DNA of 64,000 bases. It comes from Gemmatimonadota bacterium. GTDB lineage: Bacteria > Gemmatimonadota > Gemmatimonadetes > Gemmatimonadales > GWC2-71-9. Below the pieces are notes generated by a model. That model did not search any database. It saw nothing but the letters and a program-made list of their open reading frames with translations, and had not been told where the DNA came from. The DNA lies in contig JAZDCY010000014.1 of assembly GCA_036679645.1 (NCBI GenBank), forward strand, positions 128,001-192,000. Reading direction: 5' to 3'. Below, piece after piece: positions 56,707 to 64,000 of this stretch. The translations under genes were made by a program, and so were the position numbers. The stretch's first letter is position 1, and every line of letters starts with the position of its first letter.

Positions 56707-59297
56707 TCAGTTCCCCACCTTCGCCTTCAACTCCTCGAACCAGTTCAAGACGACATGAATCTCGCGAGCCGGTGCGTCCGGATTCTGTGCCGCGACGAGG
56801 AACCGCTGCCCGTCTGCCGTTACGTCGTACGCTCCCCCACGCGCCGACGTAACGAAAAGTCGCCGGGGTACCCCTTCCCGAACGAACGCATCCCCGGTCG
56901 ACACCTTCGCCACCATGATCGTGTCCCCTTGGCGGAAGAACAGTTCGCCACTCTGAGCGGACCATCGCGGCCAGGTTCCACCGTCCACCGACACTTGTTG
57001 GCGCCCTTGTAGGCCGGGGAAGGACGCAACGTACACCTCGGCGTTCCCTGTCTCAGAAGACGTATACGCAAGCCACCGCCCGTCTGGGGAAAACTGTCCG
57101 TCCCGAACCTGTGGGATCGTGATGACTTCATGGTTCTCGAGATTGAGCACGATGCTTGTATCGCGGCCATGCGCGAACAACCAGACTCCATCGGGCGACC
57201 AGGATTTTGGATAGAAGTATTCCCTGTCGGAAAACACCGACGCTGGATCCGCCTGACCCGCCACGTCCAAGATCATGATCCGATACTCACCGGGTCCGTA
57301 TTTGCAGTAGGCAATGCGCCGGCCATCTGGCGACCAGATGGGATTGTCTTCGGTCGTTGGATCGAAGGTCAGGCGAACCTCGTCCCCGGTTATCGCATCG
57401 AACCTGGAAATGTCAGCATTGGCGGAAGCCACGAACGTCACGACATGCCGATCATCCGGAGAGAGGTCTAGCCATTCAACGGTCACTGGTTGTCCGATCT
57501 GCTCGATCAGTTCACCCCGTCGGTCAACCCACGTCAGAAGGTGATTACGCCAACTCGAGCCACGGACGAACGCAAAGGTGCCCACCTCGGCAACAGCAAA
57601 TGAGGCTCCTCCCGACCAATAGGCCGTGCGCACTCCCGACTCCACCACGACGGGGTCTGCGGTGACGCGCTGTTCGGTCAGATCGAAGGGTATAGCCTCG
57701 AGCGTCCCATCTTCGTCGGTATAGACGACGTGGCCGCTCGCCGTATATCGCCCGAACGTCGCGCCCTCGGCAATCGTGGTACGATTTCCGGTCGCGAGAT
57801 CCTCAACGACCACCTTGGCGTCGTGCCACATCTTGCTCGGCCCGAGTGCAGTGTAAAGGACGAGCTCACCGCCAGACAGCAGCTGCGGCCATCGATGGGA
57901 GCTCTCTCCGCGAGCGCTGTCGGGCATCGTGATCATGACCCAACCGTCGTCGGCTGCGCGCATGATGCCCTCCTCCGCACCTCCGATGTTGGTTCTCATG
58001 AACCCTTCCGCACTCAGAAAGCTCATGGGCACATCGACCACCGGTCCACCATCCACCCCTACACGCTTCAACGTAGTCCTGTCTTCGCTGAAAACGATCC
58101 ATTCCCCGTCACGCGAGAAAAACGGTAATCCCAAACCCTCGACGTGGTCGAATCGCTCGGTTTCGCCTCGTTCCAGCTCTCGTTTGTGAAGTACACCGTC
58201 AGCGAAATAGGCCAGCGTGCGCCCATCTGGCGAGATCGCGAAGTTGGGCCCCCACGACGCCATCATGAGCCCCCGAGGCACGGGGATCGTAAACCGCGTC
58301 ACGGGACGCGCCTCTGGAGCCGGCACGGGCCGGATCAGCCAACCGATGCTGCCGCTCACAGCCATCAAGACCAGGATTGGCACCCAACCGGCTGTTTGCC
58401 ACGTTCGGAATAACGAGCGCGATCGCTCCGCTGCGTGCGGTGCAACTTGGGCTCGGGGCATGACCCTCGCGTCCGTGAGGGCCTCTGCAAACTTCGCCGC
58501 ACTCTCGAAGCGATCCGCCGCCAGTTTCTCCAACGACTTGGCCGTGGCGGCGGCGACATGCGGCGGCACCGACTTCCGTAACTCCGTCACCGGCCGCACG
58601 TCGTCTGTTACGATCTTCATCACGATCGCCTGCGCCGAGGAGCCCGTATGCGGTGGCTCACCCGCCAACATCTCGTACAGCACCGCGCCCAACGAGTAGA
58701 CGTCGGAGCGGTTACTCAGGTTCCTCTCGGCGGTCGCTTGCTCGGGCGACATGTAGTGCGGTGTGCCGAGTGACATACCCGTCTCGGTCATGCGCCCACC
58801 CGCGGCCGCACTCACGGCCAGCGCGATTCCGAAATCCGCCACCATGGGCCGGCCGTTGTGCAGCAGGATGTTTTCCGGCTTGATGTCGCGGTGGATCACG
58901 CCCTGCTGGTGGGCGTACTCTAGCGCGTCGGCGACGTCACAGGTGATGCGAACCGCGTCGTCAATGCCCAACTGCGTTTCGCGATCCAGTTTTGCACGCA
59001 GTGTTTCCCCCTCGATGAACGGCATAACGTAGTACAGGAACCCGTCGGCCTCACCGGAATCAAACAGGGGCAAGATATGGGGGTGTTGGAGATTGGCGGT
59101 GGTCTTGATCTCCTGCACGAACCGCTCGGCACCGAGCACCGCCGCAGCTCGGGCCGCAGCACTTTCACGGCGACCTGCCGCTCGTGCTTCAGGTCCTCGG
59201 CGAGATAGACGGTCGCCATGCCGCCTTCGCCGAGGCGGCGTTCGATCTTGTATCGATCGGCGAGGGCGGTCGAGAGCCGGGAGGTGATTTCGGTCAT
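56707..59297 (-). pseudogene. Membrane Ser/Thr kinase with TolB-like propeller, frameshifted near 59145
   Basis: MTEITSRLS..VAVKVLRPEL in one frame and (AAV)LGAERF onward in another; 1-nt loss. Confidence 0.9.
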
Positions 59298-59425
59298 GGG
59301 TCTAGAAGATGTGACTTCGTGACAGAGAGCGCGAGGTTCGCGGAGTTTGGGCCCTATTGGGCCCCAATGCGAAAACGACCACTCAAGCGAGCGGACGGAG
59401 CGTGCGCGGGAGCGGACGCTCCGTC
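59298..59425 (-). promoter_or_regulatory. Kinase 5' cassette with GGGCCC-AA repeats and hairpin next to the tRNA fragment
   Basis: ctagaagatgtg..agcgcgagg..gtttgggccctattgggccccaa; GACGGAGCG..CGCTCCGTC stem. Confidence 0.7.
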
Positions 59426-59478
<53 letters not shown>

Positions 59479-59486
59479 AATCGACT

Positions 59487-62400
59487 CTACGCCGCATCCC
59501 CAGTCTCGTATGTCAACCGAAACACGGTGTCCGCCACCCACCGCCTAAAACCTTCATTATCACTGAACTGCTTGAAGAGCTCAGTGTCATCTTTGAGCAG
59601 TCCCGTCACGACTCGCAGTAAAGCCCTATCGTGCTCGATACGAGCATTCTGTTTGTCGGAGTGCTCTCGTGCGTTCCGGTACGCCGTGTCTGCCAAGACC
59701 CCTGCCGGAATCTCCTCCGTGATGAGTCGGTGAATGCGATCCTTGTCGGTCCACGGAATGTTGCCAAAGTGATCGTTGAAGGCCTTGAGAATACTCGACA
59801 GGCGGTCGAGTTCCGGCTCGGGCTTGCGCCCCCCGCCGGTGGTCGGGACCGGCTCGATCTCCGCGTCCGCGTCGCGAAGCTGAATCTTCGCCGCCTCCTG
59901 TTTCTCGACGCGGTAGCTGTCCATGTCGATCGCTTCAAGGATCCCCCTGGCTGGATCCGGGTCGATGGGCGCCGGTAGCTTCGGAACAAGGAAGTTCAGA
60001 AAGATCGAAAGCCTCTCCCAATCGGCGTTGTTGTAGGGCAGGATGGACGCCAGGAATCCGTAGGTGCGTAAGAACGCCTTTGCCTTGCCCTTGAAGTCCA
60101 CCTGCCCGTCTTCGTCGAGCTGATCCTTGTAGACTGCGACACAGGCATCGAGAATTGGGTCGAGCTTGTCCCGGTCAGCGCCGCCCAGGTACAGCTCGAC
60201 GAGCCGGTCGATCTGTTCGGCCGCATAGACCTGATAACCGTCGAGAGTTGCTCTCAGGTCGTGGAGCTTGTTCGGGTCGGTCTCCTCGGCGAGGATCGTC
60301 GTGCGGTAGTAATCGGCGAACGCCGTCTCCATCGTATCCGCGTCGTTCATGAAGTCGAGCACGAACACGTCGTGCTTCCGAGGGCGCGCGCGGTTGAGCC
60401 GTGAGAGCGTTTGCACTGCCTTGATACCCGACAGAATCTTGTCCACGTACATCGTGTGCAGGAGCGGCTCGTCGTAGCCGGTCTGGAACTTGTCCGCGCA
60501 GACGAGAAACCGGTACGGGTGCGCCTGGATCTTGTCGGTGATCTTGCTGGATGGAAAACCGTTCAACGACACTTCGGTCACCTTCGTCCCGCCGAAGTCG
60601 TGCTCGCCGGAGAAGGCCACTATGGCCCTGTGAGGGCTCTTGCGCTCCACGAGATAGTCACGGATGGCATGGAAGTACTTGATGGCCCGTTCGATGCCGC
60701 TCGTCACCACCATCGCACGGGCATCTCCGCCGATCTTCCTGAGCGCAAGCACCTGTTCGTGGAAATGATCCACCATGATCTCGGCCTTGAGCCGGATCGC
60801 GTGGTCATGACTCTCGACGTAGCGCCGCAGCTTCTTCCTGGCGCGCTTGGTGTCGAACTCCGGATCCTCCTCGACGGTCTTGACCAGCCGGTAGTAGCTG
60901 TTGACCGGCGTATAGTGCTTGAGGACGTCCAGAATGAAACCCTCCTGGACGGCCTGCTTCATGGTGTAGCTGTGGAAGGGATGGTGCTTGACCGTTGCGT
61001 CTGGCTGGGGATTTGGCTCGCCGAAGATCTCGAGCGTCTTGTTCTTGGGCGTGGCGGTGAAGGCGAAGTAACTCGCGTTGGGCAGGAGCTTCTTGGCCTC
61101 GATCAGCCGGTTGATCCGGTCCTCCATTGTCTCGTCATCTTCCTCGGCCCCCGCCTCCGAGAGCGCCACGGACAGCGCGGCAGATGTGCGTCCGCCCTGG
61201 CTCGAGTGCGCCTCGTCGATGACGATGGCAAAGCGCCGCCCGCGGTGCTCGCTCCCGATCTCATCAATGATGAACGGAAACTTCTGCACCGTGGAGATGA
61301 TGATCTTCTTGCCCTCGGCGATGAACTTGCGCAAGTCGCCGGCACGCTCGGCGTGGCCCACGGTCGCCGCGACCTGCGCGAACTGCTTTATGGTGTTCTT
61401 GATCTGCTGGTCGAGGATCCTCCGGTCGGTAACCACGATGATCGAGTCGAACACCGCCGCATCGTGCTTCTCGAGACCGATCAGCTGGTGCGCGAGCCAG
61501 GCGATGGAGTTCGACTTGCCGCTGCCCGCCGAGTGCTGGATCGGGTAGCGCTTGCCCGCCCCGCGCCGGGCGGTGTCCGCCAGAAGCTCCCGCACAACAT
61601 CGAGCTGATGGTACCGCGGCCAGATCTGCGACTTCTTCTTCCGGCCGGTTTTCTCGTCCTTGATCTCGACTATCTGTGCGTAGTTCTCCAGGATGTCGGT
61701 CAGGCCCTCGCGCGTGAGGACACGCTTCCACAGGTAGTCCGTCTTGAGGCCGTTCGGGTTGGGCGGATTGCCGGCACCGTCGTTCCATCCCTGGTTGAAG
61801 GGCAGAAACCACGAGGCCTTGCCTTTGAGATGCGCGCAGAAGCGCACCTCGTGGTCGTCGACGGCAAAGTGAACAACGCAGCGGCCGAACTCGAACAGCT
61901 TCTCGCGCGGGTCGCGGTCGCGCTTGTACTGCTGCACGGCGTCGTCGACCGTCTGCTTGGTGAGGCTGTTCTTCAGTTCGAAGGTGGCGATGGGCAACCC
62001 GTTGATGAACAGGCCGAGGTCGAGCGCGAGCTGCGTCTCGTCGCGGCTGTAGCGGAACTGGCGAGTCACGCTGAACCGATTCGCGGCGAACCGCTCCTCT
62101 GCTTTGACGTTTCCGGGTGATGGCGTTGCGCAGAAGAGATCGACGTGGTGCGGGCCATGCTTGATGCCGTGCCGCAGCACATCGATCACGCCGCGCTTGC
62201 TGATCTCTCCCTGGAGTCGAGCCATGAACTGCCGGCGCGCGGGTCCGTCCGTGCCGAGCGACAGCGCTTCCTCGAGCGGTGGCTGCGTCGCCATGACGAA
62301 GCCGCGAAGCTGCACCAGGTCAACCGTGTACTCACGGTCGTAGTGCGTGGCGTCGCCTAGTAGCCACCCGGTCCCGCCCGCAACCGGCACCGACGTCTCC

Positions 62401-62507
62401 GTCGCCACATGCGCCGGGGACAGCACATCGGTGCGCCCCGTCATGGCCCGGACGATCAACTCCTCGAGGCCGCGTTCGGTTGTGTCTGTGGTTCGCCGGG
62501 TTGTCAT
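59487..62507 (-). CDS. hsdR: Type I restriction endonuclease subunit R
   Basis: NGLP..ELKN, QHSAGSGKS, DEAH, FTATP, KFQTGYDEP, QTLSRLNR. Confidence 0.95.
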   Translation of the reverse strand: MTTRRTTDTTERGLEELIVRAMTGRTDVLSPAHVATETSVPVAGGTGWLLGDATHYDREYTVDLVQLRGFVMATQPPLEEALSLGTDGPARRQFMARLQGEISKRGVIDVLRHGIKHGPHHVDLFCATPSPGNVKAEERFAANRFSVTRQFRYSRDETQLALDLGLFINGLPIATFELKNSLTKQTVDDAVQQYKRDRDPREKLFEFGRCVVHFAVDDHEVRFCAHLKGKASWFLPFNQGWNDGAGNPPNPNGLKTDYLWKRVLTREGLTDILENYAQIVEIKDEKTGRKKKSQIWPRYHQLDVVRELLADTARRGAGKRYPIQHSAGSGKSNSIAWLAHQLIGLEKHDAAVFDSIIVVTDRRILDQQIKNTIKQFAQVAATVGHAERAGDLRKFIAEGKKIIISTVQKFPFIIDEIGSEHRGRRFAIVIDEAHSSQGGRTSAALSVALSEAGAEEDDETMEDRINRLIEAKKLLPNASYFAFTATPKNKTLEIFGEPNPQPDATVKHHPFHSYTMKQAVQEGFILDVLKHYTPVNSYYRLVKTVEEDPEFDTKRARKKLRRYVESHDHAIRLKAEIMVDHFHEQVLALRKIGGDARAMVVTSGIERAIKYFHAIRDYLVERKSPHRAIVAFSGEHDFGGTKVTEVSLNGFPSSKITDKIQAHPYRFLVCADKFQTGYDEPLLHTMYVDKILSGIKAVQTLSRLNRARPRKHDVFVLDFMNDADTMETAFADYYRTTILAEETDPNKLHDLRATLDGYQVYAAEQIDRLVELYLGGADRDKLDPILDACVAVYKDQLDEDGQVDFKGKAKAFLRTYGFLASILPYNNADWERLSIFLNFLVPKLPAPIDPDPARGILEAIDMDSYRVEKQEAAKIQLRDADAEIEPVPTTGGGRKPEPELDRLSSILKAFNDHFGNIPWTDKDRIHRLITEEIPAGVLADTAYRNAREHSDKQNARIEHDRALLRVVTGLLKDDTELFKQFSDNEGFRRWVADTVFRLTYETGDAA

Positions 62508-62601
62508 CGTTCAGGTGGACCGGCGGTCCGCAGCGCATCGCGCACCGCTATAGCCGCTTCGATGAGATCGGCGACGAGCCGTTCGTCGAGATCGAGTTCA
62601 T
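62504..62601 (-). pseudogene. Remnant of the MNT partner gene (probable HEPN-type toxin): start codon joined to its last 31 codons
   Basis: ATG 62601 overlaps the MNT stop; out-of-frame ELDLDERLVADLIEAAIAVRDAL..ER* has its TGA overlapping the hsdR ATG. Confidence 0.65.
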
Positions 62602-63197
62602 GCGAGGTCATCCTCGGAACCGATGACGAGCAGGTGTGGGCCCGCGGCGACCCGCGCCGCGAAGGAGCCGGCCGTTTGGCGTTTGGCGCGCCACTCGTCG
62701 GGGGTGAGCAGGGTGGGGTTCACGGAGCGCGCAAGTTCCGGCTCCACGGCCTGCAACGACTCGTACAGATCGGCGTGGCGCAGCCGGTCGGACAGGACCA
62801 TCAGGTCGATGTCGCTGTCGGCGCGGTCCGTTCCGCTCGCCACCGATCCATAGACAAAGGCCGCCCGAATGGCGGGCGCACGGGGAGCCAGTGCCCGGCG
62901 CAGCGGCTCCACGACGGCCACCGTCTTGATCACTAGGCCGTGCAGCTCGGCGAACACCGGGGAGTCGCGGCGCGCCTGGTAGTGCTTCTGGTTTCCGCTC
63001 CGCGTTACGGTCACGAGCCCGGCGTCGGCGAGCCGTCCGATCTGGCGGTGGACGGCTCCGGTGCCGCTCTTCGCGAGCCGGATCAGCTCCGCACTCTGGA
63101 ACGACCGATTGGGCTGCCCGAAAAGCAGGGCCAGGACCCGCTGTTGGACGCGGGTGAACAGTGCGTCGGCGATGCCGGACCGGCGATTCGTTCCCAT
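62598..63197 (-). CDS. wHTH + minimal nucleotidyltransferase (MNT) antitoxin-like protein
   Basis: AFVYGSVASG...DSDIDL; N-terminal HTH. Start trimmed to ATG 63197. Confidence 0.88.
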   Translation of the reverse strand: MGTNRRSGIADALFTRVQQRVLALLFGQPNRSFQSAELIRLAKSGTGAVHRQIGRLADAGLVTVTRSGNQKHYQARRDSPVFAELHGLVIKTVAVVEPLRRALAPRAPAIRAAFVYGSVASGTDRADSDIDLMVLSDRLRHADLYESLQAVEPELARSVNPTLLTPDEWRAKRQTAGSFAARVAAGPHLLVIGSEDDLA

Positions 63198-63226
63198 ATT
63201 GGGAATAATAATACCCAATTTGGGAA
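63191..63226. promoter_or_regulatory. Two palindromic boxes over the MNT start (putative operators)
   Basis: TTCCCATATTGGGAA and TACCCAATTTGGGAA, 21 bp apart. Confidence 0.7.
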
Positions 63227-63248
63227 TTCTCGCAAGCATGAGGTGTTG

Positions 63249-64000
63249 TCACGCCTCAGCTTCCTCGAGTTCACTGCCGATATCGCTGGCCAGCTCGTCG
63301 TCGACATCCTCACCTACCTCGTCTTCCAGCTCTTGTTCCTCAGGTTCGCCCGTCAGCCGAGCAGCCGGCTCGCGCACGTCGAGCTTACCGGTGACCACGT
63401 CGGCGATAATGCGGGTGCGGTATTCGCGGAGAAGCCCGATCTCGCGCCGAGTTCGATCGATGGTGCGGTCGGCATCTTCCGTCGCATCGTCGTAGTAGTG
63501 CACGATCGCCCGCTGTTCATCAGCCGGGGGGACAGGGACGGGAATCTGCCCCAACTGATCGAAATACAGCCGGAGCCTCATATCCATGATGCCCCTGGAT
63601 CGCTGCTTAAACTGCTGCAGGTAGAGCTTCGTCCTGAAGAGATGGTGGTAGTAGTCGGACGCGAGGTCCACTACGGGCATCAATATGTCGTACGCAGGAC
63701 TTGTAACTCCGTCATAGTGAGAGACTCCAATGGCACCCATCCACGCCAGTAGTTTGTTGGCGATTAGATCCCCATGTTTCACGATCCAATAGTCATCGGT
63801 CGTGGAAGCCTTGTTGCCTTTCTGCTCAAGGTCTTTTCGTGGACGCACACCGATGTGTGTGTAGATAGACAGGAGTTCACGTCCATGCCTGACTCCTGAT
63901 TTCTCTGTCCGCAGACGAAACACGGTTTTTGTACGCCGCACCTCCCAATGCTCCGGCACGTCCCCCAGCCACTCCACGCCGGAGGGCTTGAGCGGAACGT
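63249..64000 (-). CDS. hsdS: Type I RM specificity subunit S, 5' part outside the window
   Basis: LKPSGVEWLGDVPEHWEV, PP.DEQ.AI, LLREYRTRIIADVVTGKLDVR. Confidence 0.92.
   Translation of the reverse strand, partial: VPLKPSGVEWLGDVPEHWEVRRTKTVFRLRTEKSGVRHGRELLSIYTHIGVRPRKDLEQKGNKASTTDDYWIVKHGDLIANKLLAWMGAIGVSHYDGVTSPAYDILMPVVDLASDYYHHLFRTKLYLQQFKQRSRGIMDMRLRLYFDQLGQIPVPVPPADEQRAIVHYYDDATEDADRTIDRTRREIGLLREYRTRIIADVVTGKLDVREPAARLTGEPEEQELEDEVGEDVDDELASDIGSELEEAEA

Noticed and set aside
60411..62120. 569-aa plus-strand ORF
   Set aside because: Antisense shadow of hsdR with no motifs; typical of high-GC DNA.

Overview
High-GC bacterial window, most likely Gemmatimonadota. This is an inference from the expanded family of membrane Ser/Thr kinases with 'TALADRY..LG.GGMATV' N-termini and TolB-like/TPR C-termini. 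The left ~15 kb is stress and metabolic: a partial bifunctional IPCT/DIPPS gene plus an IMPase (di-myo-inositol-phosphate-like pathway), an orphan groES, a Mycobacterium Sdh1-like succinate dehydrogenase operon, and a glk-otsB / treT-otsA trehalose cluster. From ~15 to 64 kb lies a plasticity region: six paralogous receptor-kinase genes, several kinase 5' remnants, TA/defence modules (HipBA, HigBA-like, Fic, MNT with a deleted partner, AAA-DUF4143, Uma2, type I RM hsdS/hsdR), a large Ig/LamG surface protein, REP-like repeats and a truncated tRNA-Lys. The most striking pattern is a conserved 'kinase 5' cassette' (GGGCCCC-AA repeats + promoter-like box + first kinase codons). It is present five times and twice precedes unrelated genes (a Sel1 lipoprotein and an MBL hydrolase), suggesting a recombining receptor-kinase/cargo cassette system. 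Also notable are a helically phased 20-bp repeat array upstream of a wHTH-Fic gene and a P1B-ATPase N-domain-like insert in a membrane protein. All annotation is by eye; no searches were run.
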